Assembly: GCA_004431415.1 (NCBI GenBank)
Contig: QPMI01000416.1
Coordinates: forward strand, 310,001 to 374,000
Length of the DNA: 64,000 nucleotides
Direction: 5' to 3'
Origin: Cyanophora paradoxa CCMP329
Lineage: Eukaryota; Plantae; Glaucophyta
In this document: piece by piece, positions 33,001 to 45,985 of the stretch
Numbering within the stretch: the first letter of the stretch is position 1
Layout of the letters: every line of letters begins with the position of its first letter
Notes under the pieces: generated by a model
What the model was told of the DNA's origin: nothing
The model's database searches: none
Seen by the model: only the letters and a program-made list of their open reading frames with translations
Made by a program: the position numbers and the translations under genes

Positions 33001-36000
33001 CTTCTTCTGCGGGGCCGGCCCGGCCGCCGCCGCCGGCGCCGCGCCGCCGCGCCAGGAGACGGGCCCGCCCTCGTCGCTGCCGCTGCCGTAGCCGCCGTAG
33101 GGGCCCCTGGCCGAGGGCCCCCCCTCGCGCTCCTCGGCGTCGGGCTCGCCGTGCAGGAGCCCGTTGACGATCGCGATCTCGGCCTGGTCCTCCACCAGGT
33201 CCTCGACCAGGTCCTCGGCCGAGGCGGCCGAGCCGCGCCCCTCCTCGTCCGTGCTGCCGCGCAGCGAGTGCGCCTCGTCCCCGCTCGACGCCTCCTCCGC
33301 GTAGTGCAGCGCCGCCGCCGCCCGCCGCTTCGACCGCGCCAGGCCGACCGCAGCAGCCGCCGCCTCCGCCGCCGCCGCAGCGGCGGCAGCGGCGGCAGCG
33401 GCAGCGGCCGCGGCCGCCGCGCCGCCCTGCCGGCCGCGCCGGCGCTGGTGCGTGCCGCGGCCGCCGAAGTTGCCGGTCGGGCGGAGCGCGGAGCCCTCCC
33501 CGCCGCGCTCCTCGTCGTCGTCCTCGTCCTCGTCGCCAGCGCCCGCCGGCTCCGAGTCGCGCTCGCGCTCCGACCGGCGCGCCCGCGGCCGCGCCCGCGG
33601 CGCCGCCTCCCCGGCCTCCTCCTCCTCCTCCTCCTCGGCCTCGCCCTCGGCGACGGCCGGGATCTCGCCGGCCGCCAGCAGGGCCGCCCGGAGGCGCTCG
33701 GAGAGAGGCCGGTCCTCCTCCGCCTCGGGCGCGGGGGCCCACGGGTCGCACGGGAAGGCCCGGCTGGGCCGCAGCGCCGCCGGCGCCGAGAAGGGCCCAG
33801 CCTGAAGGAGGGCCAGGAGGGCAGACAGGTCCGCGGCGGCGCGCGTCAGGCGCGCCAGCGGGACGCGGGCGCGGCAGACGGTCTTGTGCTGCCGCAGGTG
33901 CTGCGACGGCACGCGGCTGCGCGGCACGACGCGGCGGCCGGTCGCCACCGCGAAGGAGCGGTGGCACTGCACGCAGAGGTCTACCTGGCGCTCGCCGTCC
34001 CACTCGCCGCCGGCCGCCGCCGCCGCCGCCGCCGCCGAGGACGACGACGCCGCCGACGGGCCGGCATGCGGGCCGTTGCTGCTGCTGCTGGCGCCCGCGC
34101 CCGCGCCCGCCGGTCCGCCCGCCAGCGCCGCCGCCGCCGCCGCCTCAGGGTCCACCGGCCGGTCCCCCGCGTCGCCTTCGGCGCCCGCCTCGCCGTCGAG
34201 GACCGCCTCCTCCTCGTCGGCGCCCGCCTCGGCCGCCGACGAGTCGCCCCGCGGCGCCTCCGCTGGCGCGGCGCGCGCCGCCGCTGCCCCAGGCGCGCCG
34301 GGGCGCGCCGCCGGGCGCGGCTGCTGCGGCCGCGTGCTCCTCATGCCCACACTCGAGGCAGTGGACGTGCGCGTTGAAGATCTCGCCCTCGCACGCGTCG
34401 CACTGCATGCGCTCGCCGCCCGTCCAGCCGCCGTACCGCCCGCCGTGCGCCCCGTGCGCCACGCCCATCATCGCCATGCCGCCCGCCGCCGCCGCCGCCG
34501 CCGCCGCTCGGCTCGACGACAACGCAGCCGAGGCCGGCGGCGCGTCGCTGGGCGCCGCCGGGGGAGCCGAGGAAGAAGCGGCGGGGCCGGAGGAGGAGGA
34601 GGACGAGGAGGGCGCCGCGGCGGCAGCCTCTTCGCCCGCGAAGGCCAGCGACTGCGCAGAGGGGACGGGCCGGCGTCAGAAGAGGCGGGCGGCGGCCGGG
34701 CCGCGCGCGGCGTGGAAGCGTACCCGAAGCGCGTGCGAGGCGGTGACCGAGGGCGTCGTCTGCAGGTCGCCCGCGGCCGCGTGGCCCGAGGGACCGGCGC
34801 CGGCGCCGGCGCCGGCGCCGGTGGCTGCCGCGGAGTGCCCGGAAAGCGAGGCGTGGTCCTCCCAGTCCTTGATAAGGTACGGACGGTACTCGCCTGCGCG
34901 GGCGGCGTCGGCGTCGGCGCCGGAGAAGCGAGGGGGGGGGGGGGGGGCGGGGCGGCGGATCAAGTCACCTTCCTCCTGGATCATCTCCTGGAGGGCCTGC
35001 AGGGCGAGGGCGGCCCACCGCCGGAGCCGCTCCCGCCACGCGCCGCCGTCCTCCTCCTCCGCCGCCGCCGCCAGCGAAGCTGCGGGCGCCGCAGACGAAA
35101 AGGAGGGAGCCGGCGCCGAGGCCGCTGCCGGGCCGTCGGCGGCTGCGGCGGCGGCGGCTGGAGCCGCGGCCGGCGAGACGGCGGGCGACGGGGGGTGATC
35201 GAGAGCCATCGGCTCCGCCACGGGCGTCGGCGCCTGCAGCGGGCCGTCCGGCAGGCCAGCCGGCCCCTTCTGATCGCCCTCCGCCTGCTTCTCGGCCTGC
35301 TGCTGCTGCTGCTGCTGCTGCTTCGCCTCCACCGCCGCCGACGACGCGCCCTCCGCGGGCGCGGGCGGCGGCGGCAGCGGCCCATCCCGCGGCTCCTGCT
35401 TGACGGCCGGTCCAGGGGACTTGGGGGCCGCCTGCTCGGGAGGAGGAGGCGGCGCGGCAGGGGCCGCCAGCGGGGGCGTCCGCGGCGCAGCGCCGTCCTC
35501 CGCCATCGGATCGGAGGGGGGCGGCGGGGCGTCCGCGTCGAGCATGGGGGTGTCCTCGCTCTTGGAGGGCCCAGCCGCCGGCGCCGGGGCGGGCGCCGAG
35601 GCCGAGAGCGTGGGCAGGGGCGACGCCGGCTCGTCCGAGGGCCCGGCGTGGGGGGCGGAGGAGGAGGAGGAGGACGCCGCGGCCGGCGCCGGCGCCTCAG
35701 AGGGAGAGGCGGCGGCGGCGGCAGCGGCCACGGGAAGCGGGGCGGAAGGGCCCGCCAGCGAAGCCGGGGCGGGAACGAGGGAGAAAGTGTTGGAGTCGGA
35801 GGGAGTGGAGGTGGCGGCGGCGGCGGCGCCGGCGGCGGCCGGGGTCGCAGGGTACTCGGGGTGCTTGTTGGCGCCGGCGGCGGCCGCGCGGGCGGCGGAA
35901 GGGGACGCGGCGAACTCGAGCAGAGCAAAGGCGGCGTCTGCTGAGAAGACGTCGTTTCGCTGGGGCGGGGCGATCTGGGGCAGGCGGAGCGGGGGCGGCG

Positions 36001-38023
36001 GCGGGGGCGGAAGCTTCAGGCGCCCGTTCGCCTCCCGCAGGATCGCGTTCGCCAGATTCCAGACCATCTTCTTGAGGGGAATCACGCTCTGGCTGCCCGA
36101 GAGGATCTGCCGGTCCTGCGCGCGGCGCGTCGGCGGTCGGGCGTGCGCTGCGTCCGGGGCGGGGGCGAGGGGGGCGCCCGGGCGCACCAGCTGCAGCTTG
36201 GAGAAGGCGTAAGGTAGGCGGTCCAGGGGCAAGATGTCGGCGGCGATGGCGACCGAAGAATCCTGCGCGGCGGCGGCGCGTCGGCGGCGGCGGCGCGGCG
36301 GCCAGGGCGGGCGGCGGCCAGGCAGAGCAGCACGGACCAGGTTCAGCACTTGGTGAGGGCAAGAACCCGGGATGATGACTGCGGGCGGAGGCGGGGCGGG
36401 GCGGGGCGGGGCGTCAGCGGGCGCGCGGGGAGCGGCGGCGGGCGGGCGAGAAGCGCACTGGTCTGGCCAGGCCGGACGACGCCAATCCAGGGGAGCACCC
36501 CGCAGCGCGCGAAGACCTGCAGGAAGGCGTCAGCTAGCGGTCCGGGGCGGTGAGGCGATCGGGGCGCGACGTGCCTCGAGGGGGATGTAGGTGGGCGGGA
36601 AGCGGTTGTAGACCTCATCCCGCAGCAGCGCATTCTCCCGCAGAATCGGAGCCTTGTGCTCCGGCCAGATCATGAATAGCTTGCGGCCGTGGACCGTGGA
36701 GTTCCAGGCGTAGGTGCCTGGCCGCGCGTCAGCGGGGCGGGGCGCGCGCAGGCGGGCCGAGACGGAGCGGGGCGGACCGCAGGCATCCATATGAAGCCCC
36801 ATGTGCGAGAGACGCGGCCCGGAGTACGCAAGGCGGTGCACGGGCCTGAACCGGCCGCCCAGGTGCGAGAACAGATTCTCCGGGCTGCGGCGCGGCGCGG
36901 ATCAGCGGCGGCGCGATGGAGCCGATGCAGGGCAATCGCTCGCCTGTCGCTGGCGAGGCACCCCGCGACCTTGATGTTAGCATCGAGGTCCGGAGCCGCC
37001 TCGGCAATGTTGAAGTCCGGCAGGTAACTGATGTCGCCCGGCGGGGCGTCCACATCAGCCGGATCGCGCCTGCGGATGGCGAGCGAGCGGGGCGCCGCCG
37101 GGTCAGCCCGGGCGAGGCGAAGGCGCATGCGGCGAAGCGGCGAGATGGGCCGGGGCGGCGGGGGCGGGCCGCGGGCCGTTCTACGGGCAGTACGCACTGC
37201 ATGTAATCGAAGAAGTCGCCCGCATCCTCGTGAACCTCCTGGCGGCTGAAGAGATGGCGAAGCTTCACGCTCCGCCCGCGGAGAGTGCTCGCGAGCTCCG
37301 ACGGCCGCCATCGCGCGGGCTCCTCCACGGTAACAGCACCATCGAAGATAGCGGGTTCGTTCCGGGTGACACACTGCGGGCGGGGCGCGGGTGAGAAGTT
37401 TGTTTGACCGGTTAGGAGGCGCCCACGAGAGGCATGCGGGGCGGGGCGCACGATCTGCTTGAACTTCTCGTCTGAGTACTGCCCCGCGTGTGGAACAGAC
37501 ACGAGCAGCGATGGCGCCTGATGGTGGAGACGGAAGGCACGCCCCTCTCGCTGGACATCCTGGAACCATCGCGGATCGGCGAGGGGCGACCCAAAGAGCT
37601 ATAGCTTTGCAAAGTGGGCACCGCGAAACCGCGATAAACCTCCCCGGCTTGGTCGATGTTCTCGGCGATCCTGTCGAAGAGCTGATCTTCAGCGAGATGG
37701 TAGTCGATGATATCCGCGGTGGGGAACGATTCGATGGATCCCGAAGCTTGCTGCTCGGGGGCGGAAGCCGCTGCGAGACGCTCGGGTCAGGTTGGTCGGG
37801 CAGATCGCGCTTACACCGCGAACCCGACTGCAGCGTTAACGAGACCACAGATGAACGGGGCGGCTCCGGGCGGCCGCCCCTTCGCTTCTTCATGGTTGTT
37901 GGCCCGCTCCTTCGCCAAGCAGCCGGAGTGCGTAAGGGGGGGGGGTACGCAAAGCTTGGCAATTTGATCCGGAGTTCGCACGTATAGCGTCACCGAGGCT
38001 CGCCGCGGCTCGCACTGCGGCAT
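26878..38023 (-). CDS. Multi-exon JmjC dioxygenase + ZZ-like zinc finger + five AP2/ERF-like DNA-binding domains (5' end uncertain)
   Basis: JmjC exons at ~36195-37485 (GLHMDACG, WNSTVHGRKLFMIWP, HQVLN). CDACEGEIFNAHVHCLEC...VDLCVQC...HLRQH at ~33890-34410. AP2-like repeats at ~31905-32236, 31145-31624, 30150-30610, 28800-29194 and 27563-27984. Exons join through GT...CAG introns but need a few 1-bp frameshifts (~34310, ~30000-30040). Confidence 0.75.
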
Positions 38024-38348
38024 CGCGCGCGTCCGCTGCGCGTTTATCTTGGCACTAGCTAGATCTAGATGATAGTTAGCTAGCCATAGCTAAACCCAGC
38101 ACGTTAACCCCAGCGCGTTGCACGCGCGCGGCAGGTTTGTAGTCGGAGGCTAGACTAGGAGACTCGGAGTATGCGGAGGACCTCCCGGCCGCGCCTCCCG
38201 CCTCCCCGGCGCAGCGTCGTGGACGAGCTGGACTATTGGAATCCTCTCCTTGAAAACAGAAGCTACGCATACAGCTAACGAGAGATAGCTTAAATCACAG
38301 CCACGAGATGGGGGCGCTCGCTCCGCCCCCCGCGGCCGGCCCCGAGGG

Positions 38349-38938
38349 TCACCTCGAGTAGCTGCCGCCGACGGGGATCTGCGGGAGGAAGCCGCCGCCG
38401 CCGGGGTACGCCGGGCCCTGCACGTACATCGCCGGCGCCAGCTGCTGCGCCTCGTACCCGTACGCCGGCTGGGGGGAGTACCCGTACGCCGGCGGCGGAG
38501 AGTACGCCGGCTGGTACTGTGGGGGCGGGAAGCCGCCCGCGGGGGCGTAGGCGCCGGCGTCCAGAGGCTGCATGAGGTTCGGGGCCGAGGCGTGGCCTGG
38601 GGCCGCCCGCCGCGGCTTGCCCCCACGCCGTTTCGCCGCCAGCGCCCGCGCCTGCGGGGACGGCGCGATGGGCCCCTCGCCCATATCCATCGTGGCGACG
38701 TACGGGCTCCGCATCTTCCGCGGGCCGCCCGGCCCCCCCGCAGCCGGCGCCGGCGCCGGGTACGCGTCCACGCCGCCGTAGCCCGGGTACATCATTCCCG
38801 GCGGGAGCTGGGCAAGGAGCGCCTGCTGCTGCTGGGCCAGCGCCCACTGCTGCTGCCCGATGGCCTCCAGGCCCTCCGCCACCGCGGCGTAGTCCAGGGC
38901 CTCCATGTACCCCCCCTCCTCCATCGGCCCGGGCCGCC

Positions 38939-38970
<32 letters not shown>

Positions 38971-41900
38971 GCCCCGTACATCGGCTGCTGCGGCTGCTGC
39001 TGCTGCTGGTAGTACCCCTGCGCGTACATCTGCTGCTGCTGGTACTGAGCGCCGTACCCCACCGCCGAGGCGCTTGCGGAGTGCCCCAGGCCCGAGGCGC
39101 GCGCCGGCGGTTGCTGCTGCTCCACGCCGCGCTCGGAGGCCGACCGCCGCATGTGCTGCAGCTGGACGGCGTCGCGCAGGCCGGCGGGGTACATCGCCCG
39201 GTCCGAGATCTTCTCCGCGACCTTGCGCGTCCGCGGGTGCGTCGAGACGAGCATGTCCCACAGGAAGCGAGTCTCGGGCAGGATCACGCCGTCGAAGGCG
39301 CCGCCCCCGCCGCCGCCGTCCAATGCGTCCTGTAGCGGGCCCGCCCCGCCGCCGCCCTCCGCCCGCGCCTCGTGCACCCGCTGCGCCGCCACGCGGCCCG
39401 ATCCCGCCGCCGGCTTCGCGCCCTTGGCTCCGCGCTTCTTCCCCGGCTTGGGCGGCGGCGACGCGCCGCCCCGCGGCTCCTCGCTCGCCGCCCGGGCGGG
39501 GGCCGCCCCCTCCGCCCGCCCCTCGTCGCCCGCCGCGCCCGAGGGCCCGCCCAGGTCCAGCCCCACCTCCTCCAGTACCCGGGCCACCTCCGCGTCCTCC
39601 GCGGAGGGGTACGCCCACGCCGCCGACGAAGCGGGCGGGCCGGCATCCTCCGCGGGCTCCGAGGAGGAGGGCGCGAGGAGCAGGGGCTCGTCCTCCTGGG
39701 GGGGTACGGGCTCCCCGGCCTCCTCCGCGAGGGACCGCGCGACGCCGCGCATCGCCTCCTCCGCCGCCGCGGCCGCCGCCGCCGCCGCAGGGTCCGCGTC
39801 CTCTGCGGGCGCTGCAGGGCGCTGCTGGTGCTGCTGCTGCTGCTGCTGCGGCTGCTGATGCTGGTCCTTCGGGGGCGGGCCCGAGCGAGTCGGCGCCAGG
39901 GCCGAGCCCTCCGAGTTGGCCCGAGAGATGTGCTCGCCGCCCTCCTTCCGCTTGCCCCGCGTCGACTTGGCGCCGCCCCCGGCGCCCTTGAGGCTCGCCA
40001 GGCCCGAGAGGCCCTTGGTGGCGCCCTTGGGGGGCGACCCGCCGCGCCCCTCCTCGTCGTCCGAGCCTCCCGCGGCGCCCGAGAGCATCCGCACGCCCGT
40101 GTCGAAGAACTCCTGGCCGAACTGGAGCAGCGGCGGCGACTTGGCGGCCGAGACGGGGCTGTTCTGCACGCCCAGCACCAGCGCCGGCTGCGCCGCCGAG
40201 TCGCCCGTCCCGGGCGTCCGCCCCTCCCGCTGCGACCCGCGCGAGCTCCGCACGCTCCCGCCGGCCTCCGTCGAGGCCCGCGGGTCGGCGACGCCGGCCG
40301 CCGCCAGCGCGTTCGCCGCCGCCCGCGCCCGCAGCGACTGCGACGGGGTGGAGGCCGCCGTGCTGGAGCGGGCCAGCGGCCCGGGCCCGGGTCCGGGCCC
40401 GGCTCGGCCGAGCTCTGCGAGGGCCCGCGCCGCAGCAGCGCCTGCTGCTGCTGCCCCGCCAGAGCCTCGCCCGACGCCGTGGAGGACATGGAGGCCGAGA
40501 GGCCGGCGGCGGCGGCGCGCCGGGCGGCCGCCACGCGCTTGGAGCGGGGCCCGTCCAGGCTCGCCAGGTACCGCTCCCTCGCCTCGAGCGCCTTCAGCTC
40601 GATCGCCTCCTTCAGCTCCGCCTCCGCCTCCGCCTTGCCCTTGGCGCCCGGCTCGGACGCCCGCGCCGCGTCCTGCGCCTCGGCAAAGGCCTTGAGCGTG
40701 TCCCCGTCGCCCTCGATGTTGGGCGGGGCGATCTTGAAGCCCAGGCCCCGCGCCGCCGCCGCCGCCGCCTCGGCCGCCGCCTGCTGCGCCGCCGTCGGGC
40801 TCTGCGGCCCGGGCCCCCGCGCCGAGAGGAGCCCGGTGGAGGAGCTTTCGAAGAGGGCCTTCTGCCCCCGCCGCCGCGTCGTGCCGCCGCCCGTGCGGGC
40901 CGTCCGCGGCGGCATCCGCAGGAGCGCGTCGTGGCGAATGGCGTCCTCGACCGACACTGGGCGGAGAGTTAGCGCCGGCGACGTGCGGGCGGAGGGGACC
41001 CATCCGGGAACAGCAAAGCGGCGCACTCTTCTTGTCGAGGTCAGCGAGAGAGGTGGGCCGGAACATCGACTCCGGGATCTGGAGCTCGCGGGCGGGCACG
41101 GCCGGCCGGGGCCTCAGGTGCCCCGTCGCCACGAGGCGCTGGCTCGCCTTCGCCTCGATGAGGCCCAGCCACTGGTGCACGTTGCCCTCCAGTACCCCCC
41201 CGATCGGCAGCGGCTCCTCCCACTCGGACAGCGTCTCGCTCTCCTTGATGTCTGAGAACCGGCCGCTCGGCCGCTTAGCTAGCAAGCTAGCCGCAGACAG
41301 CAACGAAGAAAAAACAAACAGAGCGGACGGACCGAGTGTGACAATGAGGCGCTCCACGACGGCCTTGACGCCGTCGAGCACCGAGATGCCCGACTGGAAG
41401 CGCTTCTCGTACGACTCGGCGAGCGCCTCTAGGCGCGCCACCTGCCCGGTCGCTCGCTCGCTCAGGCGGCTCAGGAGGCGGCTCAGACGGCTCAGACGGA
41501 CCTCGCGGGACTGGGCGGTGCGTGCGCCCGAGGTCTCGGAGAGGCGGGGCCGGCCCTCCTCGTCTCCCTGGGCGCCGGCGGGTCCCTCGAGGGCCTCCAG
41601 CTCCCCCCGCAGCTCGGCGATCGCGTCCTCCAGCCCCTGGATCTCCTGCGACTGCAGGTCCAGGTGCTGCGGGGGTACCGCGTCAGCTCGAAAGGAAGGG
41701 GGGGGGGGAAGAGAAAATCCCGTACCCGGAACATGGAGAAGATGTCGTGGTCGCGCTCCTGGAAGCGCTTCACGAGCTCGTCGGCCGACTCGCAGCTCGT
41801 AGCCGTCAGGATCTGGGGGAGGAGGGGGGAACATGAGTTGGGAAGTGGGGGGGGGGGAAGAAAGAAGACGGGGTACCCGCTGGAGCCCCTCCTCCATGAG

Positions 41901-43184
41901 CTGGAGGCGGCGGAGCGCCTGCGCGGCCGCGTCCGCCTCCTTCGCCTCCTTGTGCTTCCCCGTGAACTTCTCTGAAAGGAAGGATAAGAAGGAGGTGAAA
42001 GGAAGAGGACAAGGAAGGGAAGGGGCGCGGACCCTTGACTGTGACGGCCAGGGAGGAGATGCGGCGGTCCAGCGCGAGATCCTCGTCCGTGGAGAGCTGC
42101 GTACCCCTCAGATAAGATTCGATCTTTCTCTTTGAGCAATTCTGTTCGCACCTTGGCGATCTCTTGGTCCAGCATGTCCCGCTCCTGGTTCAGCCGCATC
42201 GCCTCCTGCGCGGCGCCGCTCCGTCAGCGCCCGCTCCTTGCCGGAACGGCCCCCGGATCCTCGGCGGGCGCACTTCCTGCCATGCCGCCTGGAGCTTCGA
42301 CGTCTGCTCCTTCAGGTGGTTCCTGCGCGCGGCCAGCGTCAGCACCGGGCACGGGAGCGAGCGAGCGCGGAAGGAGGCCGCACCGCTCTTCGTAGAGCTT
42401 GCTGTTGTGCTTGAGCATGTCCATGATGCGCTTCGTGCGGTCGCGGATGTCCCTCTCGCGCCGCGCGCAGTGATCCTGGAACTGGCTCCGGTCCAGCCGC
42501 ATGTTCGAGACCAGCTCCTTCAGCCGCCGGTTCTCCTCTACGGTGGAGCTAACGTCGTTCGACAGCTGCGCCCGACGCGTTAGCGCCGCCGCCGGCCGCG
42601 GCGCGTGCCGGGCAAGGAGGGACGGCCTGCCTTTAGCAGCTTCGTCTCCTGGTTCTCGATGAGCCTCGCGCAGAGGCCACGCGTGCGCGACGGCTGCATC
42701 TCTCCTCCCATGTCAATGATCTGGTTCTCGATTGCGCTGCGAACAGAGTCAGGCGGCGGGGTCCAAGCAAAGGCGCAAGCTGGAATTAGCGCTACGCGGG
42801 TGCAAGGCGCGGCGCACCTCCTGAGCTCCTTCATCTGCTTATCGAGCATCTCGTTCCGGACCCGCTCCTCCACCACCTTCTCTTGGTAATCCAGGACATC
42901 TGCGGAGTGAAGGCGGCTCAGCGAGGGCGGCACAACGGCCCGCGCCGCAGCCGACGCATCGCAGCATTGACGTGACGCCGCAGCGTGCGTGCTTAGCTAG
43001 AGCTGCCGGGGCCCGCGGGGAGCCTGGGCGCACCGTCCTGCAGGCGGAGCAGCTTGGCTCGCATGTTGGCTGCCGGGCCCACTCCAGGTTTGATGGTTGA
43101 TGACTCTGGACCATCATTCTCGCTCATCATCTCCTCATCGCGTGGCTCCGCCTCATCCCCGCCGGGGATGTCGACCAGCAGCAT
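38349..43184 (-). CDS. ODAD1/CCDC114/CCDC63-like coiled-coil protein (outer dynein arm docking complex family) with long Ala/Gln/Pro-rich C-terminus
   Basis: Exons LIENQETKLLKA, EENRRLKELVSNMRLDRSQF, ILTATSCESADELVKRFQERDHDIFSMFR and LQSQEIQGLEDAIAELRGELE follow the family pattern. Confidence 0.7.
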
Positions 43185-43400
43185 CGCGGATGCTCAAGAC
43201 GCTCCGCGGATGCTGAAGGTCGCTGCACTAGTGTGTCTGCGCTTGCAGGCTGCTTCTGGGGCGCGCCCGCCACCGCCGCTCGGTTCTTAGCTTGGCTTTT
43301 TTTTGATGTGGGCGAAACGACTACCCCCCAGTGCAGTGTTACCACTCTGCTGGCAGTGCTCCAGCTCTTGTGTACCTCGAGTTTCAGCACCGGACAGAGG

Positions 43401-44904
43401 ATGAAGGCGAGGGGACCGTCCAAGAAGCGCACCCGCCTCCAGGCGAACGCGGACGACATCGCGTACAACGATGACGACGCTCAAGGCGAGCTGTCCGCCT
43501 GCAAACAACGCCGGCGGGTGCGTTTCTGGCTGCTGCGGCGCCTGGTCGCACGCACACGCGCTCGGAGCTCAGCCTGATCTCAGGTCGGCGCAGCCGCCGG
43601 CGCAAAGGACCTTCTTGTTCAGGAGCTCGAGGATGATCTCTTTGCGTGCCTTCCCGAAGAAATCCTTCGGCGGGTTTTCAACTGTGTGAGCCTGCGCCGC
43701 CTCGAGCTCCCTCCTCGTTCGCGTGCGACCGCCGCGTGGCCTGAGCTTGCCCGCCGCAGGTCGGTGCACTGTGTGCCCTCTCTACAGCGCGGCTCCACCA
43801 CGTGTGCCGGCGCTTCCGTCTGAACGTGGCGGGGACCGAGTGGGACCGCGTCGACGTGACGGCAGGCGGACTCGAGCAGGCAGGCCTGCCGCAGCATACG
43901 CTGGCGTCCGTCGCGCGACGCGTGGCGTGCTGCGGAAAGTTGATCGGTCGCGCTCGGGCCGTCTCGTTCGACGCCGGCGGCGGCTTCGGCATGCATCCGC
44001 TCGGGACTCTGCTCGAGCGCCCCCGGGGCGCCCCCGACCTCAAGCGCCTCGCCATCGCCGAGCCTCCGGGTGCGCCCGTGCGGCGTCCCGCCGGCGCGTT
44101 TCCCTCGCCACCCTCGCTCCTCGCCATCGGCGCCCTGCCCGCCCTCGAATCCCTCTCGATCACTGTGGGCCACGAGAGCCTCGCGGGGGTACGGGCGCTC
44201 GGTAACCTGCCCAGACTCAAAGACCTCGTCCTGCGGGTCATGCTGGACGCCCGCTACAACGGGGCCGGGCTGATCCGCGCCCTCGCCGCCGCCATCGGGC
44301 GGGCCCCCGCCCTCCGCGCCCTTGACGTCACGCTCCTCTCGGCTGTACCCGACATCGGCACGCCGATCGCCATGCTCGCGGACGCGGCCGATGAGGCGAG
44401 GGCGTACCCCCTTCTGACGCTTCCCCCCCGGGTCCGACGGTCGCTGAGCCGAGCCGCCGACCGGCGCAGGTGCTGGCGGCGGCGGCGCTCGTGCGCGCGG
44501 CGCGCCCCGTCCTCCGGAGCTGGCGGAGCGCCGGAGAGCTTGTACCCCTGGCCGAGGCGCTGGCGGCGGGGGGCCCCGCTCTGGAGTCGGTCCAGCTCGA
44601 CTACGTCCCGGAGTCGGGCCAGGGCTCCGGCCTGGCGTCCGCCGTGGCCGCCGCGGTCGCCCCCGCCCGGGCCCTGGCGCCCCTCGCTCCGCCCGGACGC
44701 GCCGGCGCCGGCGCCCCCTCCCTTCGGATGATCGGCTGTTCGCGATCGGAGGCGGGCAGCCAGTGGGAGGGGGCCCTGGCCTCGTTCGTCCGCGGTACCC
44801 CCGCCCTCCACTTTGTGGTCGTCCGGGGCCGCAATGGCCGGCCCGCCCCGCCCGGGCCCGAAGAGCCCGAGGGCGTCGCCGTCGCCGCAGCCCCCTCCCC
44901 CTGA
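43401..44904 (+). CDS. F-box protein with LRR-like C-terminus (multi-exon; one frameshift or intron unresolved near 43700-43800)
   Basis: LFACLPEEILRRVF...VCRRFR F-box pattern, followed by LPALESLSI, LPRLKDLVL, APALRALDV and PALESVQL repeats. Confidence 0.7.
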
Positions 44905-44907
44905 GCC

Positions 44908-44938
<31 letters not shown>

Positions 44939-45985
44939 GCCATGCCTTCGATTTCCCGCCCGGCCGCGCCCTCGAGCTCCGCCCTCCAACTTCGACTTCT
45001 TTGGCCCCCTGCCCTCTCCGTCGCTGCCGACGTGTACGTCTGGGGGGCCTGCCTGTCTCTAAACTCTACTCAGCGACTTGGTGAATGGCCTTCTTGAGCT
45101 TCTTGCATTTCTGAACCTGTACGTATAGTACGTACATGTAGATCAGTAAGTTGGATGTAACTTTACTTTGTAACGGCAGACCGTGAGACGCGACGTCGAC
45201 GGGCCGCAGGCCCGCAGCCTGGGCTGCCTGGCCGGGCAGGCCGCCGGGCCCGCAGTGCCCCCCCCACTGCCCGGGAGTCTGCCCCTGCCCCGCACTGTAC
45301 TGCAGCTGCTGGCCCCGCGGCCGCAGCCTGGCCCGCGCAGCGGCGCATGCAGGCCCGCATGCAGGCCTAGGCCCTGAGGGCCGCAGCCTGGCCCGCAGGC
45401 CAGCAGAGTCTGAGCAGACCCGCAATTTAATGGCGAACTCGCGGCAATGCGCGCGCCGCGCATATGCGCGGCGCTGCAGCAATTTTGCTGCAATCTAGCC
45501 TGGAAACCCATTGGCGGGGCCTCTGCGGACGAGTACGCGGTTTCCAGTTTTCCAATTGAGCAGCACACATTCCCGGGTATGCAGAATGCATGCAGTCTGC
45601 AGAGTCTTAGAGGTCCGGTGACTCCGGAGTCCGGTCTCACGGAGAAATGCATATTCACCAGCATGCGCAGCTGCAGGCTACAGATAGCATGCACATAGCG
45701 CCTGCATGGATGCATGTTGTGCCATGAAGTAGCTAGCAACCGGTAATATGGTCCGGTATACGTAGTACCACTGCAACAACTTTGGCAAGCAGCGCCGCTG
45801 CAGCAGCTGCTCCTGGAGCCTTTGCACCGCGCCTTAATATAGAAAAGCCCGCACGGAGGGAGTGCGCGGCAGCTGCAGGGATTTCGAGTGCACGGCGGCA
45901 GCTCAAACACCGCGCGCGCGCCCGCTCGCCCAGCCGCGAGGCAGCGGCAGTTCGCGGCCCGACTCCCCGGCCCGCGGCTCTTGCG

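Noticed and set aside
26842-45100. Many long Arg/Gly/Pro/Ala-rich overlapping ORFs on both strands
   Set aside because: Shadow frames caused by stop-codon scarcity at very high GC; only frames with recognisable domains were kept.
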